From positions 1,390,917 through 1,454,916 of the forward strand of contig MU058418.1 of NCBI GenBank assembly GCA_013265495.1: a DNA stretch of 64,000 nucleotides, in the 5' to 3' direction. A program made the position numbers and the translations under genes. Positions within the stretch are counted from its first letter, which is position 1; the number at the start of each line of letters is the position of its first letter. The notes beneath the pieces are model-generated. The model worked only from the letters and a program-made list of their open reading frames with translations. It searched no databases and was not told where the DNA came from. Positions 48,351 to 61,149 of the stretch are shown here, one piece after another. This DNA is from Vicugna vicugna. Its lineage: Eukaryota.

Positions 48351-50639
48351 AAATAAAAGTGAAATAAGGACATTTCCAGCCAAACAAAGACAGATGATTT
48401 ATAGCTAGTTGACAGACACCAAGGGAAAAATAAACAATTTTTCAGGTAGAAGGAGAAGAATCCCGGATGGAGTCAAGAAGATGCAGAAAGGAATGAAGAG
48501 CACTGTAAAAAGTAAACATATGGGAAAATCTAGATTAAAATTGATTGTATAAAATAGTATCTTGATAAAGTTAGAATATATGTAGAATTAAAATACACAA
48601 CAATACACGAAATATAAGAAGTAGGAAAAGGAGTTAAGGTATCCCAATGTCCTTAATGTTATCTATGAGTTGAAAAAAGTACTTCATTGGACTTTAGTAA
48701 GTCAAGGATGCATGTTGTAATCTTTAGTTCTAAATAACCAATAAAAGGATAATAAAAGAATCAATAACTAGTTAATAGAAGAGGGAAATAGAATAATTAA
48801 AAAATACTTGATTAATGCAAAAGGAGGTAAGGGGGAAAAACAGAACAATTAAAATAACTAGAAAACGAATAAAATGATTAGATTTAAACCCAAATATGTT
48901 AGTAAGTATATTAAATGTAAACAGATTAAGTACTTTAATTAAAGACAAAGATTATCAGACTGGATTAAAAATAAACATACCATTACACCCAAATATAAGC
49001 ATACAGGAAAAATAAAAGTAAAAGAAAGAAAAAAAACTAAGTAAAAGAAAACTGGTATGACTATACTAATGCCAGTCAAAGGCAAGAAGCTTTACAAGAA
49101 ATGAAGCACATTTCAAAAGGATAAAAATTTCATTCCATTTGGAAGATGTAACAATCTAAATTTCACCTAGTAGTACATCTTCAAATTTTACAAAGCAAAA
49201 TTGACAAACCAGAACTAAAAGGAGAAATGGACAGATCCACAATTATAATGAGAGATTTTAATGCATCTTTTACTTCTCTCACTAACTTTTGAAACGAACA
49301 GTCAAAACAAAAGAAAATTACCCCACACGGATACAAAAGATTTGAACAACACAATTAACAAATGCAAATGTGACCCAATTACCAGATATAGAATACTTCA
49401 CTCAATTGCAGAATATACTTTTAAGATTTTGAGTACACATAGTACATTTACCAAAATTGACTGTATGCTGGTCCATAAAACAAATCTCAGTAAATTTCAG
49501 AAAATTTAAATGATTTCTTTCTTTTTTTTCCCTACACAATATCTTTGTCAGGTTTTGATGTTAAGGTTACATTGCTGTCATAAAATGAATGGTAAGTGTT
49601 CTTTCCTTTTTTATTCTCTGGGAGAATTTATGGTTTTACAACCACAGTAAAATTCAGGTAGAAATTAGTAACAAATAATACTTAGAAAATCCCCACATTT
49701 TTAGAAATTAAGTGATACACTTCTAAACAATATGTGAATCAAAGAAAAAAGAGAAAATATTGTAATTAAATGATAATATAACCTATCAAAATATATGGGA
49801 TTCAGTTAAAGTTGTGTTTGGAGGTTGGGGGCAGTAATTTATAGCATCAAAAGCGCATGTTAAAGAAGAAAGGTTGAAAATCAGCTATGTAAGTAAGAAT
49901 CTGTCTCAAGAAATTAGCCGGGGGTGGGGGGCACTCAGCAAGTTAAACTCTAGAAAGTAGAACATAATAAAAATAAAAGCAAAAAGTTAATAGTAAACAA
50001 ATGTGCAATGAAAGAATCAACCAAACCAAAAGTTAGTGCTACAAAAAGATCAATAATATTGATAAACCTCTGGCAAGAATAATCAAGGAAAAGAGAAAAA
50101 AACAAAGTATCAGTAAAGAAAAAGAGCATCTTACCACAGATCATACAGATACTTAAAGAGACAACAAGGATATGATGAGTATGTTTCTGCCAATAAATTT
50201 AAAAATATGAACTGGGTAAGTTCTTTGGAAAGACACTATACCAAAGGTGAGACAAGGAAAAATAGAAATCTAAATAGTCCTATAATTATTGAATCTATAA
50301 TTTAAAACCTGCCCTTAAAACTCCAGATGACTTCATCAATGGATTCATCAAGTATTTAGGGAAGAAATAGCAGCAATCTTACATAAACCATGAACTGTCC
50401 CAGAAAATAAAGAGGAAATAGTTACTACCCTGTTTTATGGAGCCAGCTTAACCTTGACACCAAATCCTGATAAATACCAGGTATAAAGGTACTACAGAAA
50501 AGGAAAATTACCAACCAAACTCTCTAACAAACATAGATGCAAATATCCTATTCAAAATATTATCCTAAAATATCATAACCAATTTTAGTTTATTCCAAGA
50601 GTATAAGGGAAGTTTAACATTAAAAACTCAATTAATGCT

Positions 50640-51030
50640 GGCAGTAATCAAGGTTGACGTTACTGATAAGAGATACCATGTACCCCTGATGTGATGCACT
50701 GGGAAGAGCACATCATCTCTGTAGTATATTTCTCAAAAATGCAAAGCGTCAAAGTAAGAAACTGTCACAGATTAGAGCAGACTGAGGAGACATGACAACT
50801 AAATGCAATATGAGATCCTGGAACAGAAAAAAATTTGAAAAACTAGTAAAATCTGAATAAATTATATAGTATAGTTTAAAGTATTCCACTGGTGTTAATT
50901 ATTTAAGTTTTGACAATGGTTCCCTGGTTATATAAAATGAGCATCAGAGGCAGCTAAGTGTAAGGTATATGGGAAATCTGTACTATTTCTATAACTCTTA
51001 TGTAAGTCTGAAATTATTTCAAAAGGCTAA
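50640..51030 (+). mobile_element. L1MC/MD-like 3' end nested in the older L1 ORF2
   Basis: CCTGATGTGATGCACTGGGAAG...GAGACATGACAACTAAATGCAA...GTAAGTCTGAAATTATTTCAAAA, flanked by TCAATTAATG and TCAATTACTG. Confidence 0.65.
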
Positions 51031-52375
51031 GATAATTCAATTACTGTAATTTACCACATGAACAGAATAAAGGGGGAAATCTTACCAATATCTTGATAGG
51101 TACAGAAAAAACATTTAAATAAAATTCAACACTCATTCACGATTTTTTAAAAATTCTTAGATAGAAACTAGAAACATAAGGAGCTTCCTTGATCCTGTGA
51201 AAGGTACCCATAGATAGCCCTATAACAAACTTCATAATCCCCCTAACTAGACAATGAGACAAAGAGGTCTGTTATCACATCTAGTCAACATTAGGCTGGA
51301 GGTTCACAGCTAATGCAATTAGGCAAGAAAAAAAAATGTATGATGATGAAAAAGGAAGAAATAAAACTGCCATTATTCATCAACATCATGGATAACATAT
51401 AGAAATATATATGAATATGTGTATATATACATATTATTGATATATATATAACTAGAGAGAGAAGATCCAAAAGAACTTACAGGCTATATAAATTAGTAAA
51501 TAAATTTAGCAAACTAGCTCAATGTAAGATCAATATAAAAATCAACTATATCTATATGCCAATAATAATCAGAAAATGAAAAATTTAAATGTTACAGCAT
51601 TGTAATAACAGCATAAAAAACAATACATCCCTAGAAAAATAAATCCAATGGAAGATGTGCAACAACTTTGTCCAAAAAGAATAAGATGTCATGGAAATAA
51701 GTTAAAACCCAAATAATATTCAGGGAGTAGAATTCAGGTTGTACAGTTGCTCTGCCAAATAATCTAGAGATTCAGTGTGGTCTCAATCAAATTCCAAGAA
51801 ATTGGGAAACTGATTCTAAAATGTATATGACAACGCAAAAGGCCAAGAACACCAAGATAAACTTGAAGGAGGACAAAATTGGAGAACTTGCACCAAAGGT
51901 TATCTGGACTTATTTTAAAGCAACAATAATTAAGACAGTGTGGTATGGTGCTAAACAGATGTTTGATTAAGACAAAAGTAGCAGTGCGAACCAATGAGAG
52001 AAAGGCAATCTTTCCAAAATCATACTAAGCCATTTGGGTATCCATATCAGTGAAAAAAAAAAAAAAAAAAGGAGAAGGACCTTAATAACTACCTCACATT
52101 ATCCACTAAAACTAATTCTGAGGGAACTGTAGGTTTAAATGTGATAAGTAAAAATTTATAGCAACTAGAAGAAATGAAGACATCTTCATTATTTGGGGTA
52201 GGCAAATAGTTCTTTAAAAAGACACAAACACACTAACTTTAAAACCAAAGATTGATAAGCTAGACTACACCAAAATTTAAAACTTTTTAAAATCAAACAT
52301 CATTAAAGGAGTGTGTGGTTCCATTTCCATAAAGTTAAAAAAAAAAAAAGCAAAAGGATCTATGATGTTAGAGTC

Positions 52376-52851
52376 TGTGTAGGGTGAACAGTGGCTCCCC
52401 AAAGATGTCTACATCTTAGTCCCCTAAACCTGTGGATGTATTACCTTATATGGTAAAAGAGTTTGCAGATGTGATTTAATTAAAGATTCTGAGATGGAGA
52501 GATTAGCTTTGATTATACAGGTGAGCTCAATCTAATTATAAATGTCCTAATAAGAGGGAGGGAGCAGGAGGACCAGGGTCAGGGAGGAGATTAATGATGC
52601 TGGCTTTGAAGATACAGGAACTGGGCTATAAATCAGGAAAGGCAGCTGTCCCCTAGAAGCTGGGAAAGAGAAGGAAACAGATTCTCCCCTAGAAGCCTCT
52701 GGAGGGAACCAGCCCTGCCAACACCTTGATTTTAGCCCTGTGAGACTGATTTTCGATTTCTGTTCTCCAGAGCTGTAAGAGAATAAATATGCATTGTTTT
52801 AAGCCATTAAGTTTGCGGTAATTTGTTAAAACAACAATGGGAGACTAATAT
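52376..52851 (+). mobile_element. MLT1 (MaLR, MLT1D-like) LTR nested in the L1 3' end
   Basis: CCCCAAAGATGTCTACATC...GGAAACAGATTCTCCCCTAGA...CAGCCCTGCCAACACCTTGATTTTAGCCC...AATAAAT...TTTAAGCCA...AATTTGTTA...ACTAATA. Confidence 0.85.
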
Positions 52852-53329
52852 GTGGTCAGAATACTGATTACCACAGGGAGAGGAGGTGTAGTGTCAGAAG
52901 AGGGCGCAGGTAGATTTTAGGGAGCTGATAAAGTTCTATTTCTTGGTTTTGGTGATAGTTACTTAAGCATTGTTATTTTGTGAAAATTTAGGGTTTATGT
53001 ACCTTTCTGATCACTTATAATTTAATAAAAATTTATATATTGAAAAAAACCCCAAAACTTCTTATGGGGAGAGTATTTTATGTTACCCCACTACAGCCAG
53101 CACAGATCTTTGCAAAAAGTGGACATTCAGTGTCTATCTGCTGAGAGAATTGCTAAGCAGAAGCATAATTCCCAGATATTACTTAAGGAGATCACTAATA
53201 GGAGCATATATTTAATTCTACAAAAAGAGGAGTTCTGTGGTCAAGTTAGAAGGTAGTCTTGGTTTGTCTTACCTCTAAAGGTAATCCTCCCTTCTTGAGA
53301 AATTTATTTCTTCCAACAGCCTAATTTTC

Positions 53330-53658
53330 TTTCTTTCTTTTTTAATTTTACAAAGTTTACAAAGATTATTTAGTTACTAACCTACAATGGAAGACAAAAT
53401 ATTATAGCTATAAACTTCAAATATAATTTTCAAATCAACTAAATTTAAATCAGTTATTCAACAATCTAATGATTAGCTTGTCAAATATTTTAAAATTATA
53501 ACTATCTATGATAGTGCTTTCTATCCTAATTTTTTTCTGTTATCCTGATCTTTTTTTCTTTTTTTTTTGATTGAAGTATAGCCAGTTTACAATGTTGTGT
53601 CAATTTCTGGTGTACAGCATGTTTCAGTCTATACATATACATACATATATTTGTTTTC
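53330..53658 (-). mobile_element. Short L1 3' end plus ~205 bp of apparently transduced flank
   Basis: 17-bp TSD CCAACA(G/A)CCTAATTTTC at 53313-53329 and 53659-53675. The L1 tail (53569-53658) is homologous to 38100-38200. Two T-tracts at 53551-53568 and 53330-53343. Confidence 0.75.
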
Positions 53659-54489
53659 CCAACAACCTAATTTTCAATAGACATTTACAAGATTAATAAA
53701 AGATTTTACAACAGGAAGAATTAAATTATAAACCTCACTAGCCCAAGTGGTGATAAAATAACAAATAGGTTTGTTTTTTTTTTTTCAAGTTTTAGGTACA
53801 TTTGAAGGTGTTAGATCCATAATTGGCTATTGAAGATAAGCAGGATGCTTGGCACGTGGCTCTAGCCTTTAAAGCTGACCTCCATGAGGACAACTGTGTG
53901 CTTCTATTGCAGGTAGACCTTGGGTCTGACTCAGTGTAGCCATCCTTATGTTCTTTAGAGGAGGCAGGCCAGCAGCCTGATTCAGAAGCATAGATAGACT
54001 TTTCAGCTATCAGATGAAGGCTCTGAGGATCCAAGCATCAGCTCACAGCTATTCAGTTAATAATATTGTTAATGACCATGTGTTTGTGTGTGGGAGCAGT
54101 CAAGGTCATAAAACTTAACATGCTCTGGGAGTTGGTGACCTGGTTGTCCTTGGCTTTAGTTCCAGGCCTGCCCCTCACCAGCTGTGAGATGGCGGGTGCT
54201 GGGCATGCCACTCCACCTATCTGAACTTGCCTGTGTGTGGGGGAACTACCACCACCCACTCAGGGTTGTTTTGGGAGCTGAATAAGAAGCGATACAAAAG
54301 CACCTGGCCAAGTGTGACACACTACACTGTTTAAATGTAAGGTAGTACTGTTGGTTTTGTCTTCAAAGGAAGCACAGAACAAACCAGATGGTGTTCTGGT
54401 TACTTTAGTTTACTGTCAGAAAAGATTTGTCTAGTGCAGTAAGGTGCCCTGGGATAGAAGGATTTTGTGGTCAAACAAGTTTAGGAATC

Positions 54490-54790
54490 TCTGAATCTCC
54501 ATCTCCTTTGCCTGATTAACCTTTGCTCATCCTTTTGATTTCAGTTGAAATATTACTTTCTCAGAGAAGTTGTCCTGACACACACTTCAGACTTAGTCAG
54601 GGCCTGGTGCCCACCCCCAAACCCCCACCCTACCTGGGGTGCCTCTTCTGCATGCCTCTTCTCAGCGTACAAGGGCACATTTGTTTTTATATTATTTACA
54701 TTAATGTCTTTCCTCCCCCACTAGACTCTAAGCTTTATGAAGGTAGGAGCTTGTCTATTTTCCTCAGTATTATCTGTCCAGCAGAAAGCT
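54490..54790 (+). mobile_element. L2 LINE 3' fragment
   Basis: TCCCCCACTAGACTCTAAGCTTTATGAAGGTAGGAGCTTGTCTATTTT. Confidence 0.6.
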
Positions 54791-55299
54791 CCACAAACAT
54801 TTTTTTCTTTGTAGAAGAAAATCTTTCTATCTCAATACATCTTAAACTTCCATTTTCATTGTTTTGCCTCATGAGCCTCCAGCTTCTTCACAAAATAAAA
54901 ACCCATTGCTTAAACTGACCTCCTTTCTCCCAAACAGTTGAAGCATTCTACTGACTTCTCCAGAGAGCTCCTTTCCCGCTAGTTCTAGTTTTAAACTCAC
55001 ATTATGGTGCACAAGCTGCACACTGCCCACTCTTGGGGCTGTCTTCATAGAGGTTGCGGTGTGTATGGGGCTCCCTGGAGTTGTGCAGGGCTATAGGCTG
55101 AGACGACTCTGACTTGTCTTGTATCAGAAGGTTCATTGTTTTGGTCTCATGTAAGTATCTGACCCAAAGCAGGTTTCTGGGTGAATGTTCACCACTCCAG
55201 GCCTCGTTTCCCTCTGGAAACTCCACTCCCACGACACATGTACAGAAACACGCTTAAGCTTCTGCTTGGCTCCTTCAGAGGCGTTGGGGGTGCTTTAAT

Positions 55300-55700
55300 T
55301 TGTTTGCATGCTTTGGTTTGTTTGACCCTCAGGGCAACCCAACTCCAGGCTGTTCTTTCTGCGCAGGAAGGCCAATCCACCAATGCGTACTCGTCCTCAG
55401 GCCTTGATTTACAAGCCACCTCCTCAGAGGGATCTTTTTTGACAAATGAAGTTAATTTGGTTCACCCTGCTATTTTCTGTTGTGACATTCTACATTCTTT
55501 TCCTCCAAGATGCCATCACAATTTGTACTTCCGTATCTATGAGTGTATTTATTTATTTAGTGATTGTCTCCCTAGTAAACCAGAAACTCCACAAGGGCAG
55601 GGCTGGTGTCTATTTTTTCACCAGCCAGGTGCCCAACCCCATCCTTGTTTACAGAGCAGGTGTTCCCTAAGTGTGTCCCGAAAGACACAATGAATGAGCC
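55300..55700 (+). mobile_element. L2 LINE 3' fragment
   Basis: TTGTCTCCC...AAACTCCACAAGGGCAGGG...TGTCTATTTT...AATGAATGA. Confidence 0.55.
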
Positions 55701-56199
55701 CATGAATGTGGCTGCTCTCAAAACAGCTTTCAACTCTTGGAAATCTGCCTGGCTTGAAAATAACTTTAAGCCCAAGCAAAACTTAAGTGTAACTTGAAGA
55801 AACAAATTGTGTCTTGAACTTGTCAATGCCAATTCTCTGTCTATTTTGATTTGTTTTTTCACCTCTTGGGTTCAGAATGACCTTGCCAGTCTCTAATCTC
55901 CTGGGGCACGTACTTCCCTTCTGCCCTGTAATAATAGACCTCCTGGGGGCTTGCTGGGCTGTGGTTTCAGAAGTCCACAGGTGGCTTCTCCTCTGCAGCT
56001 GGAGGGGATATTCCGGAGGGCAGGCCTGTGCATCCGCCTTCCCTTGCTCCCCGGCCCTTGGGGGCTGAGCTGGGCACATGTGATCTTTTGGTCCTGTTGG
56101 AACAGATTGACCGTTCTCTCCTGGTTTCTGGCTTTTTGGCCCAAATTCATTCTCACTGGTAGCAAAGCAACTCCAAAAGCTTTTATGTAGAAAAGCTGG

Positions 56200-57517
56200 T
56201 AACAGAAAATGCCAGTGCCCTACCCATACTCCCCCCAGTCCCTTTTTGCCATTTCTTGTGCACCCCAGGCTTTGCTGTGCTTTCACTTCCAAAGTTAGCT
56301 CTGTGGTTAGTTTGGCGGATGGCCCCTGGAGCTTCGGAGCTGCCTTGGCTCCAGGGAGAGAGAGCCTGGAGTGTGACTTACAGCCCAAGGGCTCAGGCCC
56401 CAGCCACCCTCTGTGAGCTCTGGCCCGCGCTCCTCCTTGGCCCGTCCTTCACCACCACCCCCCTTTCCGCCAGTGTCCCTACATCACATGTACACAAATC
56501 CTCATCTGAGACCTGCTCTGGGGAACCCAACCTATGATTGTTGGTTTCAGGAGTGGGGCTGGGAAGCTAAGCACATGGAAGCCAGGAGTGAACAAACACC
56601 ACAAAAAGGGATCTGAAAGCACTAGTGGAAGACAGTGTTCAGTCACAGCCCACATTCAGGCTCACTCTATCTAATCATGGAATCTTCATGATGGAGACTG
56701 GCTACGATTTATAGGGAAAACTTACAAGCAGTGAGTTAGTTGGACAATTTACAGTCCTCACCTTCTACAGCTAGACTGTTGGCAACTGATATTTACATAA
56801 CCCTCCTCTACCCACCACCCTCAGCTGACTGGCACTTCTGCTGGTTGTTCTTTTGTTGGGGTGACCCAGCCCTTCATCCATGAAGAGTCTGAGCTCCAGT
56901 TGGCATGGCCATGCTGGCTTTAAGTGCTAGGTCACAGTTAACACTGGGCGGAGGAGTAACCTTGAGTGGCTCTGAGTTCCATACATACTCCTGCTTGTCC
57001 CATGGTAGGAGGGACAGAGCCTCCAACAGATGATCAGGGTTTATTATCCCTACCAGGACAGCAACTGCTTTCTTTGCCTAATGGTTTACAGTATGAGAAC
57101 CCCCCAAATGACCAAGTGGTTGCCATAGATTCAGGTTAGTGGACTTTTTCTGTGTCTCCCTTCTGAAAATGAGGTGCTCTAGACCCCCAGAACCTAAAGT
57201 TGTGACCATGAAAAACACAACTTCCCCCAAGTAGGTCACTGGGAAGGATGGTGAACAGGGACACCCCCACATCTACTGTCTGCCTTTCCCCTGTCTGCAT
57301 TTCCCATCCCCTCTGGCAGGGATGACTCAGGTGTACACAGGCAAGTCCCCTGCAGGGTCAGTCTAAAGCTGCCGTCTGTGAGACTTTGCTGAGACTCCAC
57401 TCTGGCTGGGCCTTCTCTCCTTCCTTGTGCTGCTCCCCTTGCTGGTTACCGCTAGGGGTACCTCCTTGATAAATCACTTGTACGCAAAGTCTGCTTTCTG
57501 GGGAAGCCAACTAAGAC
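56200..57517. mobile_element. ERVL relic: two LTR16-like 3' ends (+) flanking an internal integrase-end/dUTPase fragment (-)
   Basis: LTR ends AAATCCTCATCTGAGACCTGCTCTGGGGAACCCAACCTATGA (~56497-56538) and ATAAATCACTTG...GTCTGCTTTCTGGGGAAGCCAACTAAGACA (~57469-57518). Minus-strand peptides TTLGSGGLEHLI, NLNLWQPLGHLG and AKKAVAVLVGIINPDH resemble ERVL dUTPase. Confidence 0.65.
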
Positions 57518-57839
57518 AAACCTGCAAGTCATGATGAGTGGGTAGGCAAAGCACTCCGATTTTGAATATATGAAATGGACTGAAGCCAGGGTTGAAGGGA
57601 GGGAGTTTGAGCTACTGGGTAGAACCTTGAACTGGAAGCTGGGGGTCCTGCTCGTATTGTTACCTGATTGAAAATGTAAAAAAATGGGCCTCAGACTTAC
57701 CACGTTTCTGATGGGGATAACGCATTAACTTCAAGCACTATATAACAAATACTCCCATCAAGTGTTCCTAGCACAGTCATTTAAATGTAGTGAATTTCAA
57801 AACTATTGAAATTATTTACAGATAATATATAATAATATA

Positions 57840-58060
57840 ATAACAATAGTTAACACTTATGGTACCTTTCTCTGGCCTTGTGTTGTACAACTACGTACTC
57901 GGTAAGATTCTCTCTTTTCATTCTTACATCCACCCCACGTGGAAGGTATATGATTAGAAATTGGTCCCGTTTTACAGATGTACAGACTGAAGGAGAAAAG
58001 GTGATTTGCTGGTGTGAGCTGAGGAGCCAGGATGACCCAGGCCTATGTTCTGAGCTGCCC
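57840..58060 (-). mobile_element. MIR SINE
   Basis: AATAGTTAACACTTAT...CCCGTTTTACAGATGTACAGACTGAAG. Confidence 0.6.
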
Positions 58061-58526
58061 CGCTGCATGGCAGTGAGACAGGTGAGTGTTCCGTCTGTTC
58101 CCAGGATGTCTGTGGAATGCAGGCTACTTGCCATTCTGCTTTTTAAGTTTGCACACCCAGAACCCATGGTTTATTTGAGTTGATGAGAAAGTGCTACCTG
58201 GCTGGTTACCCCAGAGAAGCTAAGGGCAGCCTTCTATCCTACTCCAGGGCAGGAATTTGACTGATACAACTATCAGTTGGTGTTCCACATGGCTTCATTT
58301 GGCATTTTCACGAGGAAATCTCAGCTTTAGTTGGTTCTTTGGTCAGCAAGTGGGCTTCCCGTGGAGGGCTCAGCAGCGGTGCCAGCAATCCCTCCTGTCA
58401 GTTCGAATGCTCTTGAATCTCTTCCTGAGGCCAGAGTCACCATTTAGAACACACCTATACCTAGAGCTGTTTTCTTCAAAAAAGATTAAATTTTAACTTC
58501 TGAGAGGTAGTTTGTCAGGACTCTCT

Positions 58527-58542
58527 CTCCTTCTTTTTACTT

Positions 58543-58589
<47 letters not shown>

Positions 58590-58713
58590 TATCATTCCTC
58601 TTACTTTTACTTATTTTATTTTTTTAGTGGGAGGGGAGGTAATTCAGTTTATTTATTTTTAAATGGAAATACTGGGGATTGAATCCAGGACCTCATGCAT
58701 GCTAAGCACACAC
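58527..58713 (-). mobile_element. 5'-truncated tRNA-Ala-derived SINE with expanded (TTTA)n tail
   Basis: Reverse complement reads GTGTGCTTAGCATGCATGAGGTCCTGGATTCAATCCCCAGTATTTCCA...AATTACCTCCCC. TSD-like TCA(G/A)GACTCTCT at 58515 and 58714. Confidence 0.8.
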
Positions 58714-58959
58714 TCAAGACTCTCTTGATCGAGAAATGAATTTGAATTTGGTTTGGCGATTTGTGGGTCTAGATTCCCACTTACCCTGGTCTGCTTTCAC
58801 AGACAAGACCATGTGGAGTGAACAACTTTGTTAGACTGAAAGCCTTGGAGGGTGAGGCTTGTGTTTTGTTCACTGCTAGGGGTGACACCTGCCAGGTAGC
58901 AGGCTTTGTATAAGTGGTTGTTGAATTCACAAACAAATTGTTAAATGACTAAAGAGAGC

Positions 58960-59190
58960 CAACACAGTTCACAGTTAAGAGTCCAGACTCTAAACCTACA
59001 CACCTGGATCCAAATCCCAGCCAGCTCTGTGACCACAAGCAAGTGACCTGATTTCTCAGTAGCTTGGTTTTCCTGTCTGTACAATGGGCATGACATTAAT
59101 ATATGTCCCTCAAGACTGATGGGAGGATTAAATGAGGGAGTGTTTGTAAAGCACTCAGAACATTGCCAGGCACACAGTAAGTGTTCTCTA
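58960..59190 (+). mobile_element. MIR SINE
   Basis: GTTAAGAGTCCAGACTC...GAGGATTAAATGAG...TGTAAAGCACTCAGAACATTGCCAGGCACACAGTAAG. Confidence 0.75.
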
Positions 59191-60119
59191 ACTGAATTCC
59201 ATAGACTGTGACATCAAAGTGTGACGCTGGGGTTGGCATAACTCTTCCCACAAGTTGTGTTGTGTCTGTATTACTTGAAACTCTTTCATTCTTATTCCTC
59301 ACTAAAGTGTCTTTGTGTCTAGAGGTGGGGTTGGTGGACTGCTAGATCTCATTGTTTGTACAAAAAAGTGCTGAGATTGTTAAAAATCTGCCCTGCAAGG
59401 AGCGAGGACAGATACACTTTGTTTTTCTTGAAGCAGAGCTGACAATTTATCACTGCCTGCCAAAACCTCCCTCTAAGGCATCCCTTCTCAAACTTTTAAA
59501 ACTCTCTCCCTGTCGGCCCTGTCAGAATGACAAAGTCCAGAGTCATTCTCAAGAGAGAGGAGTAACAGGAATGGGCAGTGGCTGGAAGCCAGGTGCATAA
59601 TGCTTTAGCAAGGAGAGAGAGACAGCTGGGGCTGGTGTGAAAAACAGTCTGCAAGCCACCAAAGGTGGGAACCACAGGCTGCAAAAGGCCACCATTGTGG
59701 ACCATGTTAGCTCAGAGGGACTTCTTTCCACAGGTTTAGAAAGCTAGCCATTTCTTTGTTTATTCAGCAGATATTTTTTGAGCGCTTACTATATGCCATG
59801 TCTGGTAATGCAGAGATGACCAAGACAAATGTCTCTGCCTGCGTGGAGCTTACGTTCCACGATCATTAACTCAGCACCCACTGAGAACACTGCTTACCCA
59901 GGAAAGTTCACTGAACCATAGCAGTTCCTCAGGGATTCTCTAAGTTAAGCTGTAATGCCCAAGGCTTTCCAACAAGTTGGCAAGAATCATTTGGCTTCTT
60001 TGGCCATGGGGAAAACGTAACAGGAGTTCTTGTCATGTGTGAGGTTCACTCCTAGCATTGGGAGGCCCAAGACTCCAGTCAGTCTGTGCAGGACTCCGTG
60101 CTCAAGAGTTAAGTCTCCA

Positions 60120-60854
60120 CACCTAACACCCAACAGAGATAATAACATACAGAACCCAGAAAATAACAAATGTTGGCATGGATGTGGAGAAATTAGAACC
60201 TTTGTGCTCTGTCTGTGGGAATATAAAATGGCACAGCTTCTATGAAAAACAATATGGAGATCCTTAAAAATATAACTACCATGTGATTCAACAGTCCCCA
60301 CTCATGGGACTATATCCAGAAGAACTGAAAGCAGGGTCTCAACGAGATATTTGCACACCCGTGTTCATTTCAGTGCTATTCACAATAGCCAAGAGGTGGG
60401 AGCCACTGAAGTGCCCATCAATAGATGAGTGGATAAACAGAAGATGGTCTCCACACACAATGAAATATTATTCAGCCATAAAAAGCCTTCCTGTCACGTG
60501 TTACAACATGGATGAACCTGGAGGACATGCTAAGTGAGATAAACCAGTCACAAAAAGACAGATTCCACTTCTGTGAGGTATCTAAACTAGTCAAACTCAT
60601 AGAAACAGGAGGGAGCATGGTAGTTTCTAGGGGATGGGGGAGGGGGAGGGAAAAGGAGGCTTGTTTTTTAATGGGTTTAGTTTCAGGTTTGCAAGTTTCA
60701 AGTTTGCAAGTTCTGGAGCTCTGTTTCACAGCAATGTGAATATTCTTAACACTACTGAACTCACCACTAAAAAATGGTTAAGATGGTAAATTTTGATATA
60801 TATATATATCAAATATATATATATATATATTTTTTAACCACAATTTTTAAAAAG
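60120..60854 (+). mobile_element. L1MB-like 3' end
   Basis: AATAACAAATGTTGGCATGGATGTGGAGAAATTAGAACC...GCAGGGTCTCAACGAGATATTTGCACACCC...AAAATGGTTAAGATGGTAAATTTT, with TSD core AGAGTTAAG (60105-60113, 60855-60863). Confidence 0.88.
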
Positions 60855-61149
60855 AGAGTTAAGACTTCAGTGGCCAAGGGTTGTGGCTGCTGCCTGGACT
60901 CAAAAGGAAGAGTGAGAGGAGTGTGTGTGTGTAGGGAGCAATGAGAGCAGGGTGGGTAGTGGGTTTTTCTCTGCCTGTATCCTGCTCCAGAGATTTTAGA
61001 AGTCCAAATGAACCTAGTCACTACAGAGTCTGGGGTTATTTTTACTTGGATGAGGTCCCCAAGAGGAAGTGAACTGGGGCCCAGTGACTGGCAGTTGTCC
61101 CTGCCTGGTCCCCAAGTCCCCAGCTTTCTATCACAAGAGAGGAAATAGA

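Larger units (their letters stand above)
46970..53045 (+). mobile_element. Long degraded old L1M (ORF1, ORF2 and 3' remnants) with nested insertions
   Basis: A-rich sense strand. ORF1-like ENSRTEKNSMEGFKTRLCTTEE (47612-), endonuclease-like DLNNTINK...HSTFTKIDCMLVHKTNLSKFQKI (49261-), and RT-region motifs AAACATAGATGCAAATATCC and AAAATTCAACACTCATTCACGAT. All frames are broken. Confidence 0.85.

Noticed and set aside
46970..53045. Active or domesticated L1 ORF
   Set aside because: Only short broken frames remain, interrupted by several nested insertions.
55783..56388. 201-aa minus-strand ORF, and others of 130-175 aa (23727, 29407, 55181, 42788)
   Set aside because: Mostly non-ATG starts, no domain similarity, no exon structure or codon bias; some overlap L2 or LTR relics.
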